Assembly (NCBI GenBank): GCA_964187785.1
Contig: OZ076409.1
Span: forward strand, 86,492,001 to 86,556,000
Reading direction: 5' to 3'
From: Amphiscolops sp. MND2022
Lineage: Eukaryota
DNA: 64,000 nucleotides
The notes under the pieces: generated by a model
What the model was told of the DNA's origin: nothing
What the model saw: the letters and a program-made list of their open reading frames with translations, nothing else
Databases searched by the model: none
Program-made: the position numbers and the translations under genes
In this document: in pieces, positions 13,294 to 25,593 of the stretch
Position numbering within the stretch: the stretch's first letter is position 1
Layout: each line of letters starts with the position of its first letter

Positions 13294-14369
13294 GCGTTCC
13301 GCTTTTCCTTTACGAAAAAAAATTGTCGCACTGACATTCGAGGTGTTCCCTTTCTACGCGCTGCTGAGCGGCAATTAGGCACTATCTTGTGCGAAACGAC
13401 TATTCTTGTTCAGAATTCGTTGACTGAAATACTGTTGAGAACTGATTTTCTTGTCTCTCTCGTCACTCAATGTGTTTTTACCCGAATGAAATAGCAGGGG
13501 AATGACTTTCCTTCGATGTCAACATTGGATAACCAGTTCGTTGGGAACTTGTTTTCTACTGGAGCAACAACAATAGTTGATGAGAAAACTTTCTGCAGAG
13601 TTCCACGATTCGAAATAACGTGCGCAGCTGAGTTTTAAGGGATGAGACATGTGTCAAGGCAGTTATCTTTTTCAAAACCGGCAGTTTCATCGTTATCATT
13701 TTCTACTTTCTTTCGCTCGCCAACATCAGAGAAATCGTAAAAAGGATTACCATTCGACTGTAGGAACCTCAAAGCTTCAATCAATTTCTCTGGGCGTACC
13801 AGGGCTTGTGAGTGAACATTTTTCAAGTCTTTAGTTCGCTTCAGTTGTACATTGACAAGTGATGATTCATCTAGACTTCGCGGAAGAAGATTCGCTGTTC
13901 GTTGGATGTCACTATTCGTGAGTGGCACATTTATAATTTTGTCTTTGGTAGCCGGCATTCGTGATTTCGGTAACTTGAAAATTTTCATGAACAACAGATC
14001 TTTGGCTATCAGTTGCATCTCGAAATCCGAAAGGTTAAACTCTTCCGGTATTGGCTCGATTATGAGACCATTCAAAGCTGACATGTTAGGCATTTTGTTT
14101 TTCCGTAGACTCTGCAGACACCTATGGCACAAGACTTTCAGACCAGTGAGACTTGCTGGATTGGTGCTTTTTGAAACAATAGTCTGATCAAGTTTCAGGA
14201 ACGAAGTTTCTGACATCTGTGTAACACCATTCTCGAAAAAACACGCTCACAACAAACGCATTCGAACGTCAAACCTAAGCACAACTCGGTGGAATTCGTT
14301 CAAGAGTTTGTCAAAAGTTTTCTGGACTGCTTTCATGCCGAACGAAGTCGCTTTGGATTCTTGATACTT

Positions 14370-14860
14370 TTCTTTCAAATACTCCTTCAGTTTCTTCTCA
14401 TACTTGTGCTTTAGAGGCTCCTTCAATTTCTCATCATACTTGAGTTTTAGCGGTTCCTTCAATTTCTCATCATACTTGAGTTTTAGCGGTTCCTTCAATT
14501 CCTCTTCATACTTGAATTTAGTGGTTCCGTCAATTTCTCATCGTACTTGAGTTTTAGCGGTTCCTTCAATTTCACCTCATACTTGACTTTTTAAGGTTCT
14601 TTCAATTTCTCATACTTGACTTTAAACGGTTCCAGCAGTTTCTCTTCATACTTCTGCATCAGAGGCTGTTTCGGTTTTTGTTTGTACTTCTCTTTCAGAA
14701 GAGGTTGTAATCGTTCGTTGTATTTTCTCTTCAAGCTATCTTGCAATGTGTCTCTGTATCTTTTTCTCGAATATTCTTTCAAGATATTCTCATACTTCTG
14801 ACGGAGAGGTTTCTTCAGTTCATTTATGTACTTCAACTCCCGTTTATGACGAAGACGATC
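14370..14860 (-). repeat. 36-bp coding tandem repeat (KEPLKLKYDEKL-type 12-aa unit) in Helentron N-terminal region
   Basis: Repeated ttctcatcatacttgagttttagcggttccttcaat units; ORFs 14247-14498 and 14591-14974 show KEPLKLKY/KQPLMQKY repeats. Confidence 0.85.
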
Positions 14861-16148
14861 GGCATTACGTTTTTTCTTATCAGCCAGGTATGTGGCATAT
14901 TGTTTTTTTCGTGTAGCGCAAATACCTTTACGGTTTCTTTGATAGTAGGTTTTGTTTTTGACACTGGTCATCATTGAAACTGATTTTTATGGTTTATCAG
15001 TTCGTAGCTGGTTTGCCTTGGAGCTATCATACTCTCTCCTCTTAAGGTGTCTTCTTTCGGCGATTACGTCTTTAGAGAATTTTTTGCACACGCTCCGTGA
15101 AAAATGCTGTAGAGAGTTTTTCTCATTTTCGAAGGTTACCGCACATCCTGCACAAGGTTCTGTTAAACATATGTACACGCTAGTTTCAGGAACACCCTGG
15201 AAGCAGGTACTAGGAGATTCAATAGGATCAATGCATTTTATACGACAACAAATGCCTTCTTTTAGAGCTCTGGTCCTGAAAACGTTTTTCGCATGAACCA
15301 CAAATAAAAACTTTGTGGAAGCTGGACATCTGCACGCAACATTCCGAACGTTTGAGTTGTTGGTAATTCGTTTCCCCTTAAAAAACACTCTTAAAAAGCT
15401 TGTAGGTTGTGAAAAAGGAGGGCTTTTCGTTGCATCAATCACATTGATTGGTTTCTCTTCGTTGATCAGATGTTTCAAGGAGCGTTGAGAGCATTCTATA
15501 TGTTGAGTTGTTGCCAATTACACGTTTCTCTGGACTCTCAGAGCATAAAGTTTGGATGAAGGTAGAAGTGACCTGCTATCAACACCATGATCTTCAACGA
15601 AGGCACCGCTGCTCGACTGTGTGGGTAGAAGACATCACTAACAGTGTAGTTTTCTCCATGCTTGACAGCCAACAGAAAGGCAAGCGATTCAACGTGATGA
15701 CCCTGGTTGTTAACATTTGCATCGGCAAAATCGATGAGAACTTCCAGCGCCTTGTGAGGTAGTATAATCATGAAACTGAAAAAGCAATGCCAATTATTAG
15801 CGTTATCGACAATTCAGGTGAATCTGATTCCCTTTCAAGAAAAGGCATTCAGAAAAGATTCATTGCCTTGGAAGACAAAAACAATGTTGCAACAAAAAAA
15901 ATATACTATGAGGAACAACATGGTACAGAACACAGCGAGTCGCGAAAACATCAAATGTATGTGAGAAAGTAAAAAGAAAAACGTACTCTTGGTGCGATAC
16001 ATGGTATGGTTTCAACGTGTTCACATGATAAAAGTTTAACGGTGTACAGAAAGTACGCAACACTGAACTGAAAGTGAGAATTAGGTAAAATTCACAAGCG
16101 TTGCCTAAAACGGAATGAAAGATAAATGCGCTTAAATTATCTGAGAAC

Positions 16149-17280
16149 TCAATGTAAAAATTTCGTTGGAATGAATGTTTTTGATTGGAATGTTATGCGA
16201 GGATTACATATCATCACTAGCAAATTCCTCCGTTTACACAGCACCAACAACTGCAGCAGCTCGGTTGGACTTCCGCACAGCGTTTTCTGGACCTTCTTTC
16301 CATTTTCAGTTTTCTCTTGCTTCTGAATAACATCAGGACAATTCTGACTTGGAATCAGAACCTTAGAAATCGGAATATCACCCATTACAGCAGGAAACTT
16401 TTCTGCTTTGTCATCGCTTGATTCAGCATTGATTTCGAAATCCCTTGTGGGATCAAGGCAGAGAATGAGGCCGAAACTTTCCTAGGCGGCTCTTCGTTCA
16501 ACAGGTCACAGTGGTAGTCTTCCGCAGTTGGCATGTTGGCTATTTCGTTGTCAAGGGAGCTCCCATCGAGTGAGCTACGTTTCCAACTCTTGCAATCCAC
16601 TGCAGGCTTGCAAGAGTATAGGGGTGTGTCAATCGCTAGAGCTTCTTTTAGTGGGCGCTTGGATCCTCGAGTAGATTGAGACTGCACCGTCTTTAGAAAG
16701 ACTTTTCCAACATTGGAATCATGTAGCAACGCAGATTTATTCGGGGAGGTGGGAGTCGGCAATGCTGTGATGGAGCTCATCCCAAAATTCGAAAGCTTTT
16801 TTCCCGACGTTGGAGATGCTGAGAACCCCCAGCAGCTGGTGGATATTTCGTGGATGAGGAAGCAGGAGGGGAAGATCGAGCTTTCTTTACGGCAGTCTTT
16901 TCCGAATAGAGTGACGGTGGCACTTTGATGGCACGTCTACCGGATGATGACAAAACAGGTGCCGTGGTTGCGAGCAGATTTTTTAATGCCAATTTTTGCA
17001 GAGCGCTCAAATAATTCACACGGCAACGTTCAGATGATTGTACAGAAGCCATCAACTCATCTCGCTGACCGCTCAATTTCTTAGCACTTTCTTTGGAATG
17101 AGCAAGGACACGATCAATGGCAGCCAACAGGACATTTTCGCCGTCATGAAGTTTCGGAATTTTTTTTGTCATCGATGCCGTTCCACTATAGCATTAGCAA
17201 ATGCAGCTTTTGCAGAGAAGAGAATATCGTGCACTGTTTCCATCTCTTGTAGACATTGATTGAGGAGTGGCAAAATTTTT
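16149..17280 (-). pseudogene. Frameshifted coding-like stretch upstream of RepHel (unknown product)
   Basis: Abutting or overlapping ORFs 16149-16385, 16385-16780, 16777-17172 and 17169-17444 on the same strand suggest one broken reading frame; no motif recognised. Confidence 0.4.
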
Positions 17281-18399
17281 GAATCAACAGACCATTCGAG
17301 GCCCTGAAAAATGTTCGAAGATTGACCAAGTGGAAATCCAGTAGGAAAGGAAAAAAGCTCTAAAAGTCCTATAAAATGCAATTTACCTTCAACTAAAAAG
17401 ACACCAAGTAAACATTTCAACTTTCTTGTAAAACTGCCAAACAATTGATACTATAAAGCATTAAATATGAAAATGAATGGCACAAAAACGTTAAAATCGG
17501 CGAACAATTAGGTGAAGGAACTTCAGATGTGAAGGTTGCAGAGTTGAAGTGCTCAGAAAGTAGCTGTTGGATGCTGCTGCGGTTAAGTTTTTTTGATTCT
17601 GGAGAAAAACTTCAAGGGGAGGTGGCCTTTTTCAACTTTTTTTAGGACACGAAAACGCTTACTCTGCACCAAATGGGTGCAGAGAGACCATCCTTGGAGC
17701 CCTTCAGCAGCGATGCCGTTCTGGGAAGAGGGCCCAGGCGACAGCATACTGAGTGAGCCTTCGAAGCTATCTGCTAATAGACAAAATATTCGGTGCTAGA
17801 CTCAATTTCCCGATGCTACAAGGTTTTTATATCCCATCAAAAAAATGCTAAGTACTGATGAACCGAAAGTTTTTTTTTCAATGTAAGTGTCCAAGCAGAA
17901 AGCTTTGAAAAGGGGTCACCTGAGCTCCCAACAACATCATCTCTCTAGATGAGATCAGTCGTCACGGATGGTCTGTGTAAGCCTAAGAACAAAAGCTGGG
18001 CATATAAGATGACACCACTTTGCGTCACACCATTATGCGGACCCCTTGCGCATAATGTTGTGCAGCAAAACAATGTCACCCGATCTCAATTATTCCTCAA
18101 GAGGACCAGCCGCACTTGGTCTAGGAAGGACGTTGCTTCCTAGGGTGACGACTGCTACACCCCCAAAGATTAAAAGAGAAACCACCAGTCGGTCAGTCGG
18201 GTCTGCCACACCCAATTCGTTCGTTCTGGCGTGCTTGGGCCCATTATCCCCTGAACGAACTACAAGCAATCGAAACAATGAAAATAAAACAGGCAATGAA
18301 AATAATTTAAACAGTCAAAAACAACGCAGTCATTTAACAATACCTTCGTGGATGCAGTGAAAATGAAGAAAATCTACCTGAAAATAAAAGGACAAGAAC

Positions 18400-18845
18400 C
18401 ATTGTGAACAGGCGAAAAACTGTAAATGGGAGATATTGTTTGGACAACCAATTTTTTGAAAACAAAATTCGAAAAAGTCGCACAGTGCCGAAAAAAATAG
18501 AAGGGGGACCCTTTAGTCTCGTCCGGTTTTGTAGGCTACGGTAAAAAAAGTAAAAAATGAAACGGGGGACCCTTTGGCGACAAAAAATTTTCAAAAAAAG
18601 TCGCACAGTGCCGAAAAAAATCGAATGGGAAGACTTTTAGTCCCGTCCGGTTTTGTAGGTACCTTGAAAAAGTAATAAATGAAAGTGGGGACCCTTTGCA
18701 CTAAGTTTGGCTTGGCCCCTTAGGTGGTTTCAGGATTGTTTCTAAAAAGTGGACCGATCAGTGTGAGGATTGTAGTCTGAAGAAAAAAAAGGTCACTGCT
18801 ATAGTCGGGCATTTTTCCTTAAAAGGATAAAGCGCCGACTAAAAA
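18400..18845 (-). mobile_element. HINE-like family 2, 5' half only
   Basis: Ends atagtcgggc...aagcgccgactaaaaa; terminal ~90 bp is the reverse complement of 25051-25148. Confidence 0.65.
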
Positions 18846-19038
18846 TAGCCTCTTCTCAAAAACTAAGCAACTGTTTACTAAGTTCCTCTCCCACTATAGT
18901 AACACAGTAAGGGACCATTGAAAAGCACAGAAGTTTTTTCAATGAAGCTTCAGTAATGAGTTTGACCGTCATTGGAAAGACCCTGCGAAAATTGCCAAAT
19001 TTTTGTCAATTTTTCGACTTCTCGGTGGGTCGTCTTCT

Positions 19039-19350
19039 GCGGAAAACTCGTCGAAATAAAAGGGTGGAAAACTGGTCAAATATTAATTGAGTGCAAACTC
19101 GTCGAATAATTACAGATTATCCACACGGATTATCCAGTGCTAATAAGGGATTAATTTTGGTTAATTGATGCGTGAAATTTCCACCTTACGCGTAATACAG
19201 CTTTCTGATTACATATTTGCTTGTTTCACTTTTATTGTTTACAGTGCAGTACTTATTCATTCAGAACTTCATAACACGGTATGATCACAAAGTTAACCCT
19301 ATATTTGCCTGAAATTATTTTCTGTTCTTGCGACGAGTTTTCCTAGATTC
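19039..19350. mobile_element. MITE (ggaaaactcgtcg TIR family), partial
   Basis: ggaaaactcgtcg ... cgacgagttttcctagattc; homologous to 35798-36561. Confidence 0.6.
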
Positions 19351-19714
19351 TTCTCGATGTACTGTCGAGGTTACAAAAAATGCTGCTCTGATAAAATTTT
19401 CATTTCGATGAAAAGCGCGCTGTATTCGAATTGTTGACGCACAGAGTTTGAGTAGATCTTTTGATGAACTAGGCCGGGGTACGCATCCAGTCAGTGTCTA
19501 ACTTCTGTATAACTATAAAATAGCATTTTATCCGAAATATTAACATTGTTCCCGAATTATATTGCATCTTTCTACGCCATTTTTACGTTGTCTAAGCTAT
19601 ATATTTTTGCTGTTTTTTTTCCGCAATCGTGAGTTGTCTTAGTTTTTGCTCGAAGTATGCAAATAATCCCAAGATTTTTTTCAAACTCAAAATTTTTTCA
19701 AAAGTTTTCAGACA

Positions 19715-20186
19715 TTTTTAGTAGGTGCTTTCGTTAAAAAAGACCACTATAGTCGTCGCTTTTTTAAAGACCGACAAAGTGACAGATTTTATAAGCTTTA
19801 AAAGCTGTTTGACAATCTTTATAGTCTATTTGACAATCTACATACTACATTTGAGCTATAAAAAGTACTAAGGAGTCAGCTTCGACAATAACACAACCTA
19901 TACCGGATTTGTTTTAACGCAAACCAGATTAACGTTTTTTAAGTTCGGATGTAACGTTTTCAATGTTCGGATATAACGTTTTCATTTCTCGTATAACGTT
20001 AATGATTTTTCCTCAAAATTTCACAATTTGCGTTTAATGTAAAGCTTTAGGTTCAGGTTTTCAGTACTATGACTTTTTTGGATCTACGAAAAATCTTTAT
20101 TCAATAAGTTATACTAAAACCACGTCCCCGGGTACACTTGTGTGCTTTGAGCGGGGGGCGCCTCCTTGGGCCGTTCCCGGCTTGTT
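19715..20186 (+). mobile_element. HINE-like family 2 variant
   Basis: 5' tttttagtaggtgc, 3' ttgggccgttcccggcttgtt; related to 59209-59580. Confidence 0.55.
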
Positions 20187-20887
20187 GATACTTTCAGTGA
20201 GGAAAAGTCTTTTGTTAAAATCTCTTTGGGTTTTGCTTGCCATTGAGATTCTTGTTTCCACAATTGCCCCTGGGTGTATTTGAAGGACTTCGTGATTTTT
20301 GAACCGTAAGTGAAGCACCGACTTGGGATGTTCTCTGTTTTTAAAGGGGCGCTTTTTAAACAAAAAGTTGCCGATTTTTACAGTGGCAAGTTTTTTGTCT
20401 AACTTTCTGAACATAATTAACCTGAAGTGATCTCAACATAATTAAGATCTGAAGTGCATTCATGGGTCCCATAGGGTCAATTTGATTTTTATATATTGAA
20501 TTTATTTGTAGTACTGTGAATGAGACCAAAGTGTCCCACCTTTGGTTTTTCAGGCACTGCGCTTTAGGTTTTTATGATGTTTCCAGTGAAGAATCAGTTC
20601 CTTATGATCCCAGAGGGTCCTCCCTTTGGATTTTGTTCCAAGTGTTTGCAGAGCACAGCTTTGCCTGGTTGCAACTTCTGTTTTTTTTCTACTTTTTGCT
20701 GTGATGCTTGTTTGAGCCAATAAAAATTTGTTTACGGTTTTTGTTGCTATTTTATTGAAAGTCATCCGTCCATACTATGTGAGCTAGTATGACTTCATAC
20801 GCCTTCTAATGAAGACCCTACTATTGAATTTTAGAACTCGAAAAGTTCTTTGAAAATTTGCTTCACGGACAGTGACAAATTTTAAAT

Positions 20888-21320
20888 TATTATTTCTGCG
20901 ATAGCAGAAATATTTTTCAAATCTGAACTTTGCAACTTTTTTCAGTCAACTTTTCGTACGCGATTCGAGTACCTACTGAAAAATTCATTTTTTTTCGGCA
21001 GTGAGTATAAGCGTGAGATCCAAATTCCTCAAACTGCCGACCACAATTCGTTTCTCGTACGATTAAACGAGCGAGTGGTAATTATGCATTCATTCGCCGA
21101 GAGCTTCGCGTGCATTCAAATGCGAATATGAAACTTCGTCTACGCTTAGTAGTTATATTTTCTTTAGTCCAAGAATTAAAGGCGTTATAAACTGGTACAG
21201 TGATTAATTGTGCTCTATATAATGATCGAACAGGAGTGTTTAGTTATTCGAGATATGGTTTTATTAATGAACATGAAGCCTAAAAAGCAGAAATAATACT
21301 GTGCCCCGCAGGGGCGTATT
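20888..21320 (+). mobile_element. HINE-like family 3, best-preserved copy
   Basis: 5' subTIR tattatttctgc (20888-20899) with adjacent IR gcagaaata, 3' subTIR gcagaaataata (21287-21298), hairpin gcccc-gca-ggggc (21303-21315). Confidence 0.7.
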
Positions 21321-22264
21321 CTCAAAGTGGGAACTTCCCAGTTGCTTGTAAAAATATGTATACCGCAGAACTTTTTAGGCCCCTCTGAATATAATCCCAA
21401 GTTTGAGAAGAAACTTCAGAATATCCTAAAAGAGTGCGACTTAAAATCACAGTCAAAAAGATATCACCTGATTGAATATTGTTTGTCGATCAGCAACCAA
21501 TAATAGAAAAATTCAAACGTTAATAGGCCTTGTTGACAAAACTTCAGGCTAAGAAGTTCCCTCGTTTGTCCTGAGTGCTATGATATTTTCTGCTTCAAAC
21601 AGTCTTTCTACTCATTAAAGCAGTTTTTTTTCGACCATAACTGATAGATCTCAAAAAAATTTTGATTTTATTAGGAAGCGGCTGCTCTTTCGCGCGTATT
21701 GTTTTCCTGTGAACTATGAAAGGGAAACGAGGTTCTGAAAGCGCTGTTGTGATACTGCTCCAAAAATTAGGCGCCTTTTGAAGAGGCGGCATTACAGGCA
21801 AAAATTAAATGGTTATACTTTTTCAAAGAACAGTAGGTTTTCGCTCTTCAATTCTAGCATAAATTGAGCAGCCCATTTTAATATCAATCCGAATGAAGAC
21901 GCCAAAATTCTCTACTTTAACAACAAGAGATGCTTAAAACTAACGATGAGCTTTTCAAAAATACTAAAAGTAAATCTAAGTGTGATGAGACATTGTTTCC
22001 GCCTCACAAAAAATGAAAACCATTTCACGAATGACATCTAATGTGCTGTTCAAGTTGTTTCGAGTTAGGCGCTTCAGTATCAGACATGTTTCCGGGTGTA
22101 AAATCGGACATGCATGATAGCTTTCTTCGTAAAACTCGTTGTTTATCAAGGTTTCATGCGTTCCATTCTTCCACTACCTTCATCATCGCATTCATGTTAT
22201 CCACTTCATGTTGGGGGAGAGAGTTTCATAAATCAGCTAATTCATACGAAAGTCACGTAATATA

Positions 22265-23502
22265 CAGTAGAGTTTTAAAATATCGCAACTCCATTGTTTA
22301 AAATGGTCATTTTCAAATCCAAATATCTTGAAACTGTCAGGAATGCGAAAAATAGTCAGCTAGGTAGTTTTCAAAAATAATTGTTGGAATTTTCTGCGAC
22401 GAAAATTGCAGAAGTTAGAAATTGGACATTTTGACGAAATTTTATCGTAATTTGCACTTTTTCTCGATTTTCAGAGTTGAGAAAATATTTTTGAAAAATG
22501 TTCACAATCATTGTCCCCCAAATCTCCCGAGGATGCTGATATGATTTGAATGGAAAAATAAGAATGTTTTCTAAATACAATTCTTATAGCCTATCTTAAC
22601 CCTCTTCTGCATTTTGTTACCTAAATGTAACAAAGCCGCGGATCTATTTTCAGCCACGCACACAACAATTCATCTTACAAACATTGCGTCATCATCACAT
22701 GTGAATAAATTCCGAGCTGTGAAGCTGCAATCTGATTGGTTCCGAAATCCAAAAAATCAACAGAGTAGACATTTATGTGTATGTAGCCTAAATGTAACAT
22801 TGTGCAAAGTTGCATATTTCTTAATTCTACCGGCAGTGTGTACACAAAAAAAAACGAAAAAATGATACTTATCTCTGCTTGACATCCAGCAAAAACTGTT
22901 TTACGGACTTTCATACGAAATAATTTGTAAACTCTCGTTTTCAGATGCGAAAAGTGCAAATTTTGGTCGAAATGAAATAAATGTGATTCACACTGTTTTC
23001 GTTTACCAGTATAGTGTTACATTTAGGAAACATACTGAAAATCTATATTGAGATTTCTAGTCTGAAAAAACTTCATAACCATATGAGAAAATGGTCTACC
23101 ACCTGCTAGTTGAAAGGGTCAAATAATTTTTTTTCGATGGTTTTCAATATTCATGCAGAAGAGGGTTAATACATGTATTGCAGTACTCATAGAACCAAAA
23201 AATAATGCATCTTTTGATACAAAACAAATTCTCGATGAGGACAATTCAGTAGGTTCGCGAGATAAGAAAATTGAATTTAAGTCTCTCGAATATCGAAAAA
23301 AACTCTTAATTTCAAGTAAAATTTCCAATATTCTCAATATGGGTCGTAGAAATTTTAAACAAAAAACTTTATACACTAGATTTTTTTCTAAAAAAAACTT
23401 TTGTAGCTGACAATTTTTGGTATGTGACAGTTTACAAGATATTTTTGTTTTTGAATTTTTGCATTTTGAGGAAAGGAGTTGCGATATTTTAGAACGCCAC
23501 TT
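22265..23502. mobile_element. Non-autonomous DNA transposon with long imperfect TIRs (Tc1/mariner-like TA|CAGT start)
   Basis: cagtagagttttaaaatatcgcaactcc...gtcagcta mirrors tagctgac...ggagttgcgatattttagaacgccact; an inner IR (cctaaatgtaaca / tgttacatttagg) suggests a nested element. Confidence 0.6.
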
Positions 23503-24287
23503 TTAATTAGTTCGTTTTCTATTTCAGGGCTAGAATGAGCATGCTGTCGTCTTCGGCAAGCATTCTCAACTGCGTGTTGCTGGACCAAAAGCACATCTAT
23601 GAGGCTTACAAACAGGTTTTGTCAACGAAAACCCAAAGTAAGTTGATTCCTCAAATCGACATTGCAAAATTATGGAATTTAAGATAGATTTCTACTTAAC
23701 AGCTTTCAAGTTTACTCATCACCTCCCTGATTGACCCTCACAGTAGTACCAAGCTTATCTTAGTAAGGTCGTAGCAAGATCATGGCGCAATCATGGACCT
23801 CATGTCGATCGTACAAATACTTGAATTTAAGGTCAACCCCCCGACTGTGTTCATACTTGTCAATTATCCTCTGTCCTGGATAACCGTCGTTTTCTGAGGT
23901 TTTCGGAATATGCTGATAATCGCTGTCGGGGAAAGTTTTCAACCTAATTCTTTGCTTGTGAATACCTGAAATTAGATGCTCCTTGACGTTTTTAAATCAG
24001 CATTTTTTACTAATTGTACGCAGTGTTGATTGTTTAAATGATTTTTAAACGCTGAACAAGCGTTTAAACGCTAGATGAAAAATATAAACACTATTTAAAC
24101 GCTCGCGAAGAAATGGGGGCAAAAGATTTTCAATTAATCAAATTGAATTTCATATTTAATTTGATCAATTTATAGCAAAATCAATGTTTTTTATTGAATC
24201 CATGGACAACCTGCAACGGCGTCCCTCTGAGAGTAACGCCATGATGACTCGTAACAGACGATGTTTGTCTCGCTTATATTTAAAGCT

Positions 24288-24931
24288 AACAAGCCGGGAC
24301 CGGCCCAAGTCGGCGCCATATCCAAGGCTCAAAAATAGCAAAAAGACTTCCAAGTGTCAAGTATTCGTTTACAGTAGTCGAAAATTTTTCGAAATTTTTT
24401 TTTGAAAAAATTACATACTAAAAAATGGACCGAGTGGCGCGCTAACGTCTCACAATGCCGAAAAACTGAAAGGGGGGACCCTTTGAGGTTTTTCAACATC
24501 CATTCTGTCGCAAAACATGAAAAAATTGAAGAAAAAAATTTTTTTATTTTCGGCAGAAAATCTCACAATGCCGAAAAAAACTGAAAGGAGGAACCCTTTG
24601 GGATTTTTCAACATCCATTCTGTCGCAAAACATCAAAAAAATGCAGGGGGGACCCTTTGAGGAAAAAAAATTTCGAAAAAAAAATCCGAAAAAAATGTCT
24701 CGCAGTGCCGAAAAAAATTGAAAGGGGGGACTCTTTGGTCTCGCCCGGTATGATATGTTACGCGGAAAAACAGGTAAACCCATTTTGGTCCAGTTCGCTA
24801 GGCCAAATGGTGCTATTTGACACCATAATATTTTGTAGAACTTTTAAGAACTATTTTGGTCAGTTCGTGTGGATAGAAAAAAAAGTCACTATAATAGTCG
24901 CGTTTCACTTCATGAAGCGCCGACTAAAAAA
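24288..24931 (-). mobile_element. HINE-like family 2, complete copy
   Basis: aacaagccgggaccggcccaagtcggcgc ... atagtcgcg..gcgccgactaaaaa; subTIR agtcggcgc/gcgccgact; both ends nearly identical to 42802-43190. Confidence 0.75.
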
Positions 24932-25050
24932 GTGAGTTGCGAACATGGTCTGTGTGAAGTCATCATTGGAAAAGGGATGACATCGAGTTGTTATAATTCT
25001 GTTAAATTCAGAATTTCAAGACAATTCGTCATTGTTTTTTTTTCATTTTA

Positions 25051-25593
25051 TTAGTCGTCGCTTTGTCCTTTTAAGGAAAAATGCCCGACTATAGCAGTGA
25101 CCTTTTTTTTCTTCAGACTACAATCCTCACACTGATCGGTCCACTTTTCTTACAATCTTAAAATTCTTTCTTAGCAAATTTAAAATACTTTAAAAGCTTG
25201 CGAAGTAGTATTTTTACATCATTTAAGAAACTCAAAGGGACCAAAGGGTACTCCCTTAGAGTAGTTTCGGCTCTGTGAGACTTTTTTTTGAAAAAAAATT
25301 TCCCCAAAGGGTCCCCCTTCAATTTTTTGGAGTGTTCCGACAAAACGGATGTTGGAAAGTCCCAAAGGGTCCCCCCTTTCAGTTTTTTCGGCATTGTGAG
25401 ACTTTTGCACCTCCTTCAATTTTTTTGATGATTTGCGGCAGAATGGATGAAAAATTTCAAAGTGTCCCCTCTGGTGCGCCAATTCGGTTCAACTTTTGGG
25501 TTTTTCCGGTACCGTAGAAGATAATACGTTGACACTTTGAAGTCCTTTTGCTGTTTTTGATATGGCGCCGACTTGGGCCGTTCCCGGCTTGTT
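25051..25593 (+). mobile_element. HINE-like family 2, complete copy
   Basis: ttagtcgtcgc...cccgacta (5' subTIR plus IR) ... ggcgccgacttgggccgttcccggcttgtt (3' subTIR plus hairpin). Confidence 0.75.

Larger units (their letters stand above)
9294..15775 (-). mobile_element. Helentron (Helitron2-type) RepHel-endonuclease gene, frameshifted and decayed
   Basis: Collinear minus-strand fragments: Cys/His motif (14987-15517), 12-aa repeats, CHRC..L.KNKMP..SALNGL region, Rep (LRGTIQYW, RVEMQLRGMAHVLGCLW, WNGNMDLQ...YICDYYSK, R.IGACEA.YRLL), Pif1 helicase (AGTGKT, VAPTGMAA, IVDEMSMV, FGDLLQLQPV, NHRQ, QLPLRLAWALTCHKVQG), C-terminal AP endonuclease (LNIQSL, LCETW, GDFNS, PTHRAGNKLD). Element ends not defined. 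Confidence 0.9.

Noticed and set aside
17855..17868. Hammerhead-like CTGATGA..GAAA core
   Set aside because: Only 3 nt between the boxes, so no stem II, and no supporting stems I/III.
18121..18143. 8-bp hairpin ctaggaag/cttcctag as a Helentron terminus
   Set aside because: No matching subTIR or partner found at the other end; could be chance.
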